From Octopus bimaculoides (Eukaryota), in NCBI RefSeq assembly GCF_001194135.2, contig NC_068982.1:63706908-63770907 (forward strand): DNA of 64,000 nucleotides, given 5' to 3'. Below the pieces are notes generated by a model, which was given only the letters and a program-made list of their open reading frames with translations, ran no database searches and was not told where the DNA came from. The position numbers were made by a program, and so were the translations under genes. Below, piece after piece: positions 24,504 to 38,145 of this stretch (its first letter is position 1; every line of letters begins with the position of its first letter).

Positions 24504-24508
24504 GATGG

Positions 24509-24543
<35 letters not shown>

Positions 24544-24587
24544 GCCTACAGACATATACACTAGCAGGCAGGCAGACAGACGGACAG

Positions 24588-24680
<93 letters not shown>
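24446..24680. repeat. Compound microsatellite (TAA)n/(GACA)n/(GATA)n
   Basis: Directly visible. Confidence 0.95.
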
Positions 24681-24681
<1 letters not shown>

Positions 24682-24795
24682 TAAGGGTTAAAGCACTTAT
24701 TACCCTCGCCTAATTATTATACTCAGTGGGGTAATTGCCATCCAATAAACAACACTATCCCTTAGTTGGTTGGATTCACAACCTCTAACTTTCTT
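24680..24795 (+). repeat. End fragment of an interspersed family shared with 41352-41445 and 59792-59858 (probably Penelope-related)
   Basis: The tatcccttagttggttggattcacaacctctaactttctt motif is followed by (TA)n in all three copies. Confidence 0.7.
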
Positions 24796-27700
24796 CTTTA
24801 TATATATATACGTTTATATATTTATACAGTTGTGTGTGTGTGTGTGCGTACAAGCGTGCGTGTGTGTATGTGTGTGTGTGTGTGTGTGTGTNNNNNNNNN
24901 NNNNNNNNNNNNNNNNNNNNNNNNNATTTCAATTGAAACTGATGAGCTTTGAAATAACTAAAGCTGAAAGATATTACTATTACTATTTTCGTATTAGTAT
25001 ATTCACATACGTGAACATAAATTAAGTCTGATAGAAACCACCAGAAAGCCAGAAACATGCCCAGGCTTTTGAACATATATAAAGACATATTGCTATCATA
25101 CTAACTCTTCAATCTGTTCTGAAGTTGGCAGGAAACCAGCTTGCCAAATATAATTTGTTGACTTTTTTTCTGAATTATTTCTCACAATACTTTGATCGTT
25201 CGGGGACCTCACAGAAATCTTTGTTTCAGTATTTTTAGTTCACGTTATTTATTTTCGATTGAAGTGGAGAATTCAATACAAACTGATCTCAATACATCAA
25301 TAATACTTATTCAAGTCTGAAAAGGTTTATTTAAATCTTTATTTATATATTCTTAGTACCTGTCTCCATTATCTGCATATTGGTGAGTGCACTATTCAAT
25401 AGTATATGTTATTCAACATGATTGACTACCTCGGCCTAATCTCACATTTTTATTTTATCAGTGCAGCTATGACAAAGTCAATGAATGGGTATTTCAATCA
25501 CATTTTCGTCGTTATTAATATTTTTGTTTTTCCGTGATTTTCCTATAGATTTGTACTGTTAAGTCCGGCCTGGTTTTCTATCAATGTCTGGAGATGTCCA
25601 AGTTGTGGAAAAAAGTTTTACAATTAATATGCTTTTTATAGAAATAAAACGAAAAGTAGTTTCAAACTATTTTCTTCTATGTTTACTGACTTCATGCGCT
25701 CTTCCGTGAGACAGTTCTCGAACATTATTGAACTATAAAGAAATGCCAGATTCAGTTATTATATTCGGTAAAGTGGTTGTAAACTCAGGTTCAATTACCG
25801 TTTGAAATATTTCTCTGAAGTTCACCTTGGCTCTCAATTTCTACTTTCGGCAAGAAATTATTACTCTATAATTACTTACAATCAAAATGAAAAATGAAAA
25901 AAATATATTTTACAGGTTACCAAACTGTATACAAAAGATTACTAGATATTTCCATTTAGTATGTTTTTGCAAATCTATCCTTGTAAGCCTTTAGATGTAG
26001 CCGATAACCTGTGAAATAATATCTATTCTCCACATGTATATAATCGTAGAGATCACGATATTATAAAAACCATCTATTATAATAATACTCTTGTATTTTT
26101 CTCCGTCATAACATATGAATGAGAAAGGAATGGATGATAGATGAATAAGGAAGAAAGATATGAAAGCAAAGTGGTTGTGGAATGATGGAAATACTACGGT
26201 AAAAAAAATCAAACAGCGTTTCAACTCTGTGTGAGTATATGTGTGTGTATGTAAAAGAGAGGTATGTGAATGTTTGTGTGTGTGTGTGCGTGCAATGGAA
26301 GTGGGATGGTGAACATCCAACGCTGAGAAGAAAAATCAAACAGCGTTTCAACTCTGCGTGAGTAGTATATGTGTGTATGCGTGTGCAAGGGAAGTATATG
26401 AATGTTTGTATGTGTGATTACTATGTACCTTATTTTGTACCACACTTACATATAAAATACTACAATTAGCCGTCATTTTTTACGGCACGGGGTCCGATAT
26501 TGCATTTATAATGAATACGCGGTTCATAAGGTTGGTTTAGAGAGAAGAAATTTATTGGTGATAATGATAGTGTTGACTTTTGGCTATGTCATTTGAATGT
26601 GTTTATCATTTAAGCATATGTATATACAATCACAAGTAGCGTGTGTGTTAAGGTTATTGCAAATATACAATCTTACCATATTTTAGAGAAATGATTTATT
26701 TTCTTTCTGCTCACAGTCAATATCGATGTTTTTAAGTGTGTTTTTTCGTAAATATAATGCACAGGCACTTCTATCTTCGAAGAGCAAACCTATGTTCAGA
26801 TCATGTAAATACTCAAAAGTGGTGTTGCTAATATAGTTCATGATTATAAAATCTCGATTACTAAAGTGGGCTTCTTGGAAATATTCTATATGAGTTACTT
26901 GCCTTTAATGTGACACTATTGATCATAACATATCTAATTATGTTCAACGTTATAAAACCAGTTAAATAGTTGAACTATATCATTTTTTATGAGATATTTC
27001 TGCTTTATACCATATCTTTTGTGAGATGCAACTGACCTGTAACATTTTTATGCTCTGAATCTAAGTGCATACATGAAATATTTTAGTATCGAAAAAAAAT
27101 TGTGTACACACAGTAAATGAGATTTGAGAGATCGTTACATTGGCAATATTTACAGGATTTTCACTGTGGTTAGACAATTCGTTTACATGATATTTTATTC
27201 GGAGTAGATTGAATTCATTTCTAAAACGACCTTCGCAGATTCAATATGATACGAATTATTGACTCTTTAACCAATACTCAATATTCTAGCAGTTTCCAGA
27301 CACCTTAGAAAATATTCAAGAATTATTAGAAATAATTGTAGCATGTCCAATGATCATCATAATGGTTATGTTGTGCAGCTTTCAGAAATCATACTCTTAT
27401 TCATATCAATGGTGAGCTAAATTTCAATACCTAACAGATGATTTATTTATGTGTCTTTCTCAAATGAATGTATAAAAGTATACAGGTACGTATATATGTA
27501 AGTATGGATGCTTCTATGCTTGTATCTAGCTATGTTTGTTGGTATGCGTCTGAGACAGAAAGACATAACGTTTAGGCTGACATATTTGCAGTACTACTAC
27601 TTCCTCTCCAGTTGATTAACAATTTCATTTATTGCCTTTCCCGCACTGCATTGATACCCGAACTCCTCTAGAAATAAGTATTGTGTAGTGATTCGTTTTG

Positions 27701-30058
27701 TTACTACAAACACATAGAAGTTTCGTGTAAAAAAAATAGTGCTTTGTTGAATTCGAGAGGTGATCTTTAACCCTAGCTCTGTCTAGCGTAGCAAAGCAAG
27801 CTATTTAATTCGATACGGTTGCAAGTGATTTAGAAAAGGATAACAACTTAATTCCTTGCATTGCTGAAACTGAGTAGATATCTATTTATAGAAATGTTGC
27901 ATTGACTTTCAGAATGCAACGTGTAGACCGTTTTAATGATTAGGTATTTCATGGTAACTTTCATAAAGGTGTGATTTATAAATATAATAACAATTATTTT
28001 GAGCATGCACAAGTCCAAATACTTCCTACAGCCGCCTACTTCATCTCTCCACTTACATCTATTGGCCTTCCTTTTCCCCCATTCTACCTTTAAATTTCCA
28101 TGCATTACAATTTGAAATGCAATATACATATCTCTCCACCTTGAAGACGAAGGCTGGATTTATCTAATATTTATGTGCTTCCACTAGTGATTGCATATCC
28201 TTGGCTTTTTGCGAATAGTATCTGCCAACATTATGAAGTAATTCCGAGTCCCCAGAAACAGCTGTTGGACCTGTAATACCATACCTTCTCCCCTTAATTT
28301 TCTGTGTCTTTGCACTGTGTATAAGTTTGCTCTGTTAATGTGCAAAATATCTATATATTTATACATGCGTATTCATTGTCTGAATATTTTCAGTCTTTGT
28401 TTTCTCTCTATTTACATGTATATTTGTATGCAAATTTTGTATATCTAGCCTAAGTGGTTTCATTTGTTTATTTGCATAATTATTTCCATATTCACTCGCC
28501 TAGATTCCTCTTATGACCACTCTCTATCCCACAGAATTAGTCATCGGTAAAAATTTCGGAGTGTAAGATCAAATCATTTGAACGTTGCCAAGCATTTTGT
28601 ATTGAGTATCTCTGGATCTCATCTCTTAACTCTATACTCATATGTATGCATACGAGCGCACATATCTGAACGGAAAAAAACTTAAAGAATTTTTAAAATA
28701 CAATGAACACAGTAACACAAGATATAATTTCTAAAATAAAGCCTGAAATATTAGAAATTAAGTTGAGATGAGTACTCTACGACCCTGTTCATTCAATCAC
28801 TTCTAAATCTGTGTTCGATTTCAACCGAATGCACCAGGTATTTTAGGTATTTGATGCTGAAGGTCTAATATGTTGAGTCCTAATTTTAATTTTACAAGCA
28901 ATCTACCTTTTGCAGAGGGTTTATAGTCTGAACATAACCGTTTATGCGTCAATCTTATTTCTGGGAGACCGCACCATGGCAGATACGTTATATTGTCTAT
29001 TAATTGGATGTCTGATTTTCAGAGAACGGTGAATTTTAGTTCATGTTCATCTTCTTCCTTTTCTTCGTTATTCTCTTGAGTTGGGATTCCACGGCCGCTT
29101 AGAAGAAATTGTTGCTTTTCAACCGTTTTCGTTGTTTTGTGTTGTGCAACTTTTATGTGAGTATGTGTATGTATTTTTGTTTGTTTGTTTGTTTGTTTGT
29201 TTGTTTGTTTGTTTGTTTGTTTATTTGTTTGTTTTCAGTGCTTCGAAAAATCACTACTGGCATCGATGAAATATTTAACAAACATAAAAAAAGAAATAAA
29301 GAAAGTATTGATAGATAAGTCTATAAGAAGTTCGTTAACTATTTGTGAAATTTTATAATATTTTATTTCATAAATTTAACAGCAAATTAAGTTGTAAATT
29401 TTCATATTAGTCGTTGATCGATTACCAATACTCCACAATTTAAATCAGTGCCGAATTGATTCAGCCCCCATCTCATAAAAGATAAAAGCGAACAATATAA
29501 ACGGAAGCCATATCATTCAATCCAAGGTTACAAAGGGAATGCATAGTTTGAATGTTAGAAATGTTACAAAAAACGTATCAAACATATAGCATAAAATCCT
29601 CATATCTCACATCACCAGAAACAAATAATCTAAATATATGCTCAGCTAAACTGTACATAAATAACGAAATTCCTATAATATTTTTGAATAAGATTAGGAG
29701 AGAATATTATCCCGACGTAAAAAAGTAACTGCGTCCCAAATGATTCGTTAATTAAAGATGAAATATTTCTCAAATGAAAGAAGATATCATATATAGAAAT
29801 TGAACATATGAAATAGAGAATACATAACCAAAACACAAACAATGGAATGAAAAGCTTAAAAGATTAAAGTTGAATACATATATACCTAACGCGGCAAATA
29901 AGTAAATAAAAAAATAAAACCCCACAAATTCAAACCATGGTATAGTTGCGGAAAACTGAACAGTAAAAAACTTAGATAAAGAGTACACACAGAAATATAA
30001 ACTGTAAGCAAGCAGTGAGTAAATGGTAAGCAATTCAGCAGATAGAAACATAATAGTA

Positions 30059-30186
30059 ACTAGAAAAACACTCGGAGAGTGCAGACCTCCGCTAAGCAGC
30101 TCATTTCCACCCATATACACGCATGCTGAAAATCGCCCAATTTCCCAAACCAACGCCGGCAAAAACATAACCTCCTTGGCGGGGTT
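30059..30186 (+). mobile_element. Helentron-type non-autonomous element (DINE-1/HINE-like), both ends with internal deletion
   Basis: 5' actagaaaaacactcggagagtgcagACCTCCGCTAAG; 3' aaaacataacctcCTTGGCGGGGT. The subterminal inverted repeats overlap a 3' palindrome. Confidence 0.7.
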
Positions 30187-30819
30187 TAAAAAAAATAACA
30201 CAGCCATGTGATTTTTAAAAAAAAAACCTCTAAAAACAGGAATCATCTGAAGCAGTTATAATACATCAACGACAACAGCAAGCTAGTTTCACCATACAAC
30301 TAAAAAAAAACAACAATTACCTAAGACTTGAGTGATACACACACAACATCATGGTCGGAAAAGTAACAGTCGCTTACGGTGACTTGTGGACGCCGATCCT
30401 GGTTCACGTAAACATGATCTAGCAGGCTTCCATAGTCGGTGGTGGATTTTTGGACTAGTTGGTCGAACCCAAACTGGTTCATAGTTGTCTAAATCTCATG
30501 GTTAGGGGAATCAAGAAGATCCACGTTGAAATCACCAAGGACGATGATCAGATGATTCTTTGGCAAAGATAAAAGAGGTATCTGTCTACTTACGAAACTA
30601 AACTTACCTACCTACCTACTTTACATCCCTCTATGGTCAGTATAGTATCAATCTTCCCTCAAGAGTCCATAGATACGCGAGTAAAATTACTAATAGAGAA
30701 ACGAAAATAAAACTTTGGAAACAGCAACGCTACCATAGGTTACGTGGAAACGATGAACGTGTTTTCAAGGGAGATAATCAAAGAATGTAACATTGTAATA
30801 CTTCATGTAAAGTAAATAT

Positions 30820-31021
30820 AACAAATGAAAAATCCTTCAAGAATCCATAAAATTTCCCGGATCACTACCAAAATTTCATCATCTGTTCCTTGTGTCATTA
30901 CCAACTTTTTTGTAAGTTTCATCAAATACCGTTCACAACTTATTTTAGTTATTTTCCACAAAGACGGACAGACGGACAAACCAACGCCGATGAAAACATA
31001 ACCTCCTTCCTTGGCGGAGGT
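30820..31021 (+). mobile_element. Helentron-type non-autonomous element, 3' half
   Basis: gatcactaccaaaatttcatcatctgttccttgtg...gacggacagacggacaaaccaacgccgatgaaaacataacctccttccttggcggaggt; same 3' end as 30059-30186, with a GACA-type microsatellite before it. Confidence 0.72.
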
Positions 31022-31808
31022 AATTAACAAAAAACAAAATACCCACATCTTAATATTAAAAATACCTGTTCCAAATCAATTTCTTTCAACTACATATTCG
31101 CTTGGTATTAGCATATTGACGAATATGTTAAACTAGAATGGGGTAAAATACGTAATGTTTGAAATAATCTGAAAAGAGTGGAAACGGATTAAGAAACAAG
31201 TGATAACGAATTTCTTAAAGTAGTTAAACAAATTATCCAAATATAAAGATTTGGAAATAAAATGTCTGAAGATTTCAAATAGAAATAATTCTTGAGCACT
31301 GAAACTGATGAAATATATAGAAGATAAATATATAATCAATACATTTAGACTTACATATACATCATATAAAAAATAATGCTAACAGATATTACACGCATAT
31401 ATAAAGTGCACGAATACCAAGCAAAACAAAAAAAAAATACCATTCTCATGCACTAAGTTTCGCATTGAAGCGTTTCATAAATTATAACGGCACTAAATTA
31501 ATAACAATTATTTCTGATATAAGTACAAAGCCAGAAATTATGATGATTTCTCCAAATATCTGAAAATAATCAATGGACTGCTGAAAAACATCCCAGGTCT
31601 GATAATAGGCCTACCCGAGTAGCAGAAGGGCAAATACAACGGTTATGTTATGGGCCAAAGAAACATGGAAAATTCCCTACTACAGTCAATGCTGCTCCGC
31701 ACCGCTGGAGGAAGATCACTGTAAGTAGATACCGAAAATGTTTTCGTCTCTACTATCAACAGTTGTTGAAGGGAATCATTCGCAAAGCAAGCTATACGTA
31801 AAATTATA

Positions 31809-31931
31809 TACATACATACGTACATACATACATACATACATACATACATACGTACGTACATACGTACATACATACATACATACATACATACAAACATACA
31901 TACATACATACATGCATACATACATACATAC
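31809..31931. repeat. (TACA)n microsatellite
   Basis: Directly visible. Confidence 0.95.
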
Positions 31932-32484
31932 ATCTTGGAGACCGTTATGGTCAGTCCGATACTCGGACATGCGTAATTACTGCTCATATCAAGGCAGCAT
32001 ACGAAATATTGGAAAAGTTGAGTTACAGAGTGCGGTAAGATTGCATACAATATTTCTACATTAAACATTAAAACATTGCATAGATTCCAGCATATCTATA
32101 TAGACGAGACATACATATCAACATATTTATGTACACACAGCGCTGTAACACTACACACAAGGAAATGTCAAGTAACGTTTCAAAACAGTTTCCGAAAAAG
32201 ACAAACACCGCTCAATATGTACGCTTAAATACAATTGTAGAATTAAAAACAACCGGAAATGAAAGATTACCCAAGCTGTGAACAACTTTAAATTTAATTC
32301 TAAAATAAATTGGCGAAACTTTTGAGGAAGATCATCGCCTATTTTGAAAAACAAATACAAATATCAGTGAATAGACAAAATCATCACGGCTAAATGTATA
32401 AGTTTCATTCGACCAAAACGTGACTACAATCACTGTATACAATGAACCTATGATTTTAAAGATTAACATGAAACGTATATACAT

Positions 32485-32487
<3 letters not shown>

Positions 32488-32547
<60 letters not shown>

Positions 32548-32657
32548 CATACATACATACATACATACATACATGCATACATCCATACATCCATCCATCC
32601 ATCCATACATACATACATACATACATGCATGCATACATACATACATGCATACATACA

Positions 32658-32690
<33 letters not shown>
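32488..32690. repeat. Compound (TA)n/(TACA)n/(TCCA)n microsatellite
   Basis: Directly visible. Confidence 0.95.
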
Positions 32691-32691
<1 letters not shown>

Positions 32692-33700
32692 AACAGTAAC
32701 GTAGTTAGTTTTAAAATCTCTATACGTAGTAACTCTACTGAAAAGTAACAGTTTGTACTACCTCAACGAGGTTGTTCTATACAGAACACTGTTACTATTC
32801 TTTTAACCCTTACTTTTTGGCATTGTATTTCCAAAATAAATCTTTATGTTGTCCTAAAACGTAAATTAAGACAAAACTAGTGGAATGTTAAAAACCAGAT
32901 TTAGTGCTAAAATAAACAGTATCATGGATAGTCATCCTCCTTGATATACTTTTTTTGATAAATTTAAGACATCAGGGCCAATCATCCTGATAGCAATTTT
33001 GGACAAGATTTGCACGTGCTCTAACAAGCTAGATTTGTATGTCAATTTGGCCTCACACAGCTCTTTTAAGTATATTGGTGACTTCTAGTATACCACCAAC
33101 ATCTTGTAGTCCGTTCCATTTATTGGGCTTTGCCTGATGTCTTACTATAAACTCAATTTTCTCCACACTTTTCATGAAAGTTTCAAATTCATTGTGTAAA
33201 TGTTATTATAGTTGATGAAGTATTCTTTCCTGGTTGTATTTTATCTATGATGCATTCTGGTTGAAATAATTTTACACATAACAGATCTTAGATGAAAATG
33301 ATTTAAGGCTTCTTATCGTTTTCTTTCATCTTCTGGCTATGCAGATTGTAGGATTACAAGCAGACCTCTGGCTAATGATAGCTCTGTGAATTAGTTCTTT
33401 TTTTATTTTTTAATAACGAAGTTTGTTTTTTACGCAATACGTAGAATCTCCTTATATTTCAATCGTTTCTCTTATGCGTAGTTGTTATGATGTGAACCTG
33501 TCTTTACACTTTATGGTTGCACTGCAATTCTGCAATACATGTAAATGTGTTCCAGTTTTGTTATCTCCTCGGGTTGTTTCATAAGATTAGTGTTTCAGTA
33601 CCCTGTACATTGCAATTATTTCTTTCGTATTTTTTCAGGGTGCTAGCAGTTACATACAAGGACGTAGCTATTATCCACAATGTGTTACTATTTATTTTCA

Positions 33701-33918
33701 CAAAGGTGGCGAACTGGCAAAATTGTTAGCACGCCGGGAAAATTGTTTTGCGGCATTTCATCCGTCCTTATGTTCTGAGTTCAAATTCCGTCGAATTCGA
33801 CTTTGCCTTTTATCCTTTTGGAGTCGATAAAATAAGTACCAGTTGAACACTGGGGTCGATATCATCGACCTGCCCCCTCCACCGAAATTGCTGGCCTTGT
33901 GCCAAAATTTGAAATCAA
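33701..33918 (+). mobile_element. CORE-type SINE, full length with TSD
   Basis: Head aaggtggcgaactggcaaaattg, B-box gttctgagttcaaattcc, core; 12 bp TSD tattta(t/c)tttca at 33689-33700 and 33919-33930. Confidence 0.9.
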
Positions 33919-34379
33919 TATTTACTTTCATATATAATCTGCAGCTCCATATTTATTTTCTTATATAATCTCTAGCTCCATCGACCACAATTTTTACTAT
34001 GGGAGTGGCTGTTTTTATTTGTTGCTTTTTCTTCTTTTTTCACCCCTCGTCAAAATGTATTTGTAATGATAGTTTAGGGAAATGTGAAAGGATCATTTCT
34101 CACTGTGGTTTGAAATAATTTTTAAACTGTGTAGTTTTACAGTCAGCGTTTTAAGGTCAATTTTATATCGAGATATTTGAGAGCTCTGTGGTTATCATGG
34201 TCGTGGTGGTGGTTGTGTTGATAATGTCGGAGATGTATTTATATTATTATCGCTCTCTTCTCAAGCATCTTTTGTCTGATTCGAGGTGTCTTCAGAAAAT
34301 CAATGAATATCGATGGAGTTGGAATCACAATTGCTGTCTGTGACAAGGAATAACAATCGCCGTCTGTGACCACTATTTT

Positions 34380-36300
34380 CGAGCAAAGAAAAATTTATGT
34401 CGCGAGGCTGTTTGACGTCATATGATTTCAGTTTGGGTAGACTTTATGCCAGTAAATCTTCAGTCATTTCATATAGCTGACATAAGTAAATATAGAATCG
34501 AAATAAATCATGATTCACCTGTAAACAGCAAGTGAATTTGGAAGAATAGTTACACCATCTTAGAATACTTATACCATCTTAGGTAGCTCACTGATGTGGT
34601 AGTGAAAATTTAGAGCGATAATAAAATAACTGTAAAATTCAGCATAGATATTTCATTTCTCCGAAGTTTTAGATTGTACATCCACCTCTACTTGGTATCT
34701 AACCTCTGCACCAATGCATTGCTGTTGTTCATTGATCCATACAACAATATTAGATCTTTCGTGTTTGCATCGGATTTCTGTCTTTTACTGAAATGTGCCT
34801 CCCGTATTCTTTATTTTTAAAGTTTAGGATACATTATGGTTGTGCTATTTCAGTGGAATGATTTCAGGATATTTGCTACGAATAGCATCGTAAGCAGTTT
34901 TGGCAAAAATGCCACACAGTACTTTCGCACATTCTGAGGCAGCCGATAAAAGTATGGTTAGCCATTTCCACTTTGATATGGTACACTCGACATTTTCTAT
35001 CACAACATGGATTTTTTGTAGATCCTCTTATCTTCCTACTATAGTAAGTATTTCTCCTTCAAATTTCTCGTCAATTAAGTCAATCCACCTATTTCTGAGT
35101 CGCATGAAACAGTTGTACACACAGAGTACCTATGTAAGAGTTCTTCACCTACTCTCAGGTTGTTATTATTTTCACTACTGAGAATACATATTATGTTCCA
35201 TTTTTTTTTCCAATTCATTAAGAGACATTTCTGTCCAACAAGTCATGTTCTCGTCACTGTTTATGAAAGCTACCATACAAGGTAAATGCATTCCTAGATT
35301 TTATGTTCAAATTGAGGATCTACTAAAGTGTCTAGTACTTTAAAAACATTGACGGGTATGATCTAATTGAATGAAATAGCTCTGACTTCCATATTTCCTG
35401 AAGTCTGCTGACATATTTATTTGTCACTCTCCCTTTACTCACAGCACTAACATCTCCAATATTCTCACTAATTCAGAAATACTTGGAGATAGCGGTGACA
35501 GGCACGTTTATTCATATGATTTCTCACAATGTGTAAGTATTCCTTGAATACAGTCTCAAGTCATAAACAAAAATGTGTGAGTACCAGTAATTTTTCTAAT
35601 CTCAGCTTATCTTGGTAATTACCCTTGACATTTCTTCAACAGAACTGACAGAGATCACTGAAAGGTTAAGAAGCAGTACAAAGAATGTGTAACCATGAAA
35701 TAATCTCGCCATTCAACACAATTCTGTGTGTGACCGTAACTATAGTATTGTTGATGAAAAGCTATTTGGCACAACTCCTTCCTCTTAGCTTCTCATATTA
35801 TTCGTTTCAAAGTATTTGGGAGAACTCCACTAAAACAACTTGGGTATAGATTATAAATAGCATAACATGACTGTGTAATTTTTTTATTACATCAACTTCA
35901 TCGTCTGTGTCTTTTTACTAAGCAGTTTGATTAGAGTCTATTTGTAGTATGTAAGCTTCCTTTACCAATATTCGGCTATCATGTCTCACTCATGTGAATT
36001 ACTGTTCGGCTGTTTTGCAACAACTGCCAAGTGAGTTGCATTTGTGATGTTATATATTTTAGTCTTGTACACTACTCATTGCTAAGCTCATTCAATCAAA
36101 CTTCTTCATTGCCACGCTACTTATTTGCATTTAGATTCTTCCCATCGGGATTCTAGGTCATTCTGGAAAGGAATATTCACAAACTCAATGGGATGGCCTT
36201 TCATGCAATGATATACATTGATGAACTTAATGCAAACCTACACTTAATAATTCTACATCTTTCTCATGCTACCTCTACCATCTCTACAAGCTGTTCACAA
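34380..36300 (-). mobile_element. Degraded R4-like non-LTR retrotransposon, family 2 (RT, CCHC, REL)
   Basis: Minus strand, in order: EAKRK; LSVI; FVYDLRLYSRN (YADD-equivalent); ENIGDVSAVSKGRVTNKYVSRLQEIWKSEL; CDRKCRVYHIKVEMANHTFIGC; AKTAYDAIRSKYPE; CKHERSNIVVW...KTSEK*NIYAE, matching 10725-11107. Ends are approximate. Confidence 0.8.
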
Positions 36301-36884
36301 AGGTCATAGTCATCAAACTATAGAAACTCTCGATGACTAACAGCCGATGGAACAGGTAATTTTACAGAAATTATCGCACGATGGACCACATACTGACTCT
36401 AACACAGCTCCTAGAACCAGTGAGAGAATAGAATCTTTCTCTTTACACTGCCTTTATTCATTACAAAAAGCCTCTAATTGCAACAAGCTGAATGCACTCT
36501 ACTGAAATCTCTGGAGATGCAAGGAGTCAAAGCACAATACAAAAGGCGAACGCAGGATGTGCGACCGATAAAGCTCTGTTGTTATCACCTATGAAATTAC
36601 ACACTCAAAGTTCTGCTCTATGCGTCAATCGAATGAAAACCAAATAGATGTGGCTCCAGAACGTAGCACAAAGCCGACTAGTGGTTGGGAGGGATAAAAT
36701 TTAGGAAGGGAAGAAGTACATGTATTGAGATATGAACGCTGGAGTCATGTGCTGGATAGAAGGTGCTTGCAGCGATTAAAGATATGCTCAAAGTGCAACT
36801 GAAAAATTTCGTGTGTGCATATCTCTTCAATAACATCAAGAGTATCATTCTACATGTGCCCCTGAGCCAGGGACTGTTTATGAC

Positions 36885-36950
36885 ATAGAGGAACCGTTTG
36901 TGATATAGAGGAACCGTTTGTGATATAGAGGAACCGTTTGTGATACAGAG
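36885..36950. repeat. 20 bp minisatellite, three copies plus a partial
   Basis: (atagaggaaccgtttgtgat)3. Confidence 0.95.
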
Positions 36951-36999
36951 AAAACGTCTAAACTAGAATTATCATTATTATTGCAGGAGAACATCTGAA

Positions 37000-37368
37000 A
37001 CTGTGAAATCGTAGAATGCTCAAACCGCAAGTTCTGCTGGAACGGGTATGCCACATGGTTCACAGACAACAGGTAGACCCGTGCAGTTGTTAGTTTTCAG
37101 TTGATATCCAAAGGGTCAGAAAGAAAGTTTCGGACACACGCGAAAGTCTTGTAAGGAATGGATTGTAATATGTCTTGTAATAACGTGTCACTTTTCCATC
37201 GCTGAGTTAACTCACTCAGCAATCCCTCGTGCTCATTTAGCTGTGTGGATTGACGCAACACTAAATGAGGTGCTATGCTTAAGGCCGCAACCTGCCACCC
37301 GGTCCACGAATTGAACCCACAAAGTAACGATTGGAGGTTCGACATCTGTCCCACTACGCCACGCAGCT
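37000..37368 (-). mobile_element. tRNA-derived SINE family D
   Basis: Minus strand gtgagctgcgTGGCGTAGTGGgacag (A-box)...GGGTTCAATTC (B-box), followed by ccttaagcatagcacctc...gtcaatccacacagctaaatgagcac central domain. The 3' limit is uncertain. Confidence 0.6.
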
Positions 37369-37906
37369 CACATATGTGTGTATGCTTGTGTATATAATAT
37401 GTGTGCGTATGTGTAATTCTGTAAGTATTTATATGCGTGTACGAAAGAGGCTGTTTGTGAGACTGCTTGAATGAATATATGTGTATATATATATATANNN
37501 NNNNNNNNNNNNNNNNNNNNNNNNNNNNNNNNNNNNNNNNNNNNNNNNNNNNNNNNNNNNNNNNNNNNNNNNNNNNNNNNNNNNNNNNNNNNNNNNNNNN
37601 NNNNNNNNNNNNNNNNNNNNNNNNNNNNNNNNNNNNNNNNNNNNNNNNNNNNNNNNNNNNNNNNNNNNNNNNNNNNNNNNNNNNNNNNNNNNNNNNNNNN
37701 NNNNNNNNNNNNNNNNNNNNNNNNNNNNNNNNNNNNNNNNNNNNNNNNNNNNNNNNNNNNNNNNNNNNNNNNNNNNNNNNNNNNNNNNNNNNNNNNNNNN
37801 NNNNNNNNNNNNNNNNNNNNNNNNNNNNNNNNNNNNNNNNNNNNNNNNNNNNNNNNNNNNNNNNNNNNNNNNNNNNNNNNNNNNNNNNNNNNNNNNNNNN
37901 NNNNNN

Positions 37907-38071
37907 ATATACGACAGGCTTCTTTCAGTTTCCGTCTATCATCTCCACTCACAAGTCTTTGGCCGGTCCGAAGTTATAGTAGAAGGCACTTGCTCAAGTT
38001 TCCACGCATTGGGACTGAACCCGGAACGATGTGGTTGGGAAGCTAGCTTCTTACCACACAGACACGCCTGC
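37907..38071 (-). mobile_element. SINE family A, 5' half (remainder in gap)
   Basis: acgacaggcttctttcagtttccgtcta...gggactgaacccggaac...cttaccacacagacacgcctg. Confidence 0.88.
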
Positions 38072-38074
38072 ACC

Positions 38075-38145
<71 letters not shown>

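Noticed and set aside
28225-28270. GAAACAGCTGTT palindrome
   Set aside because: No CTGANGA upstream.
29770-30246. 158 aa hydrophobic minus-strand ORF
   Set aside because: It crosses a Helentron-type element and A-rich low-complexity DNA; the F/L/I richness reflects base composition.
36885-36950. CRISPR-like or iteron-like direct repeats
   Set aside because: Contiguous 20 bp units without spacers in eukaryotic DNA; an ordinary minisatellite.
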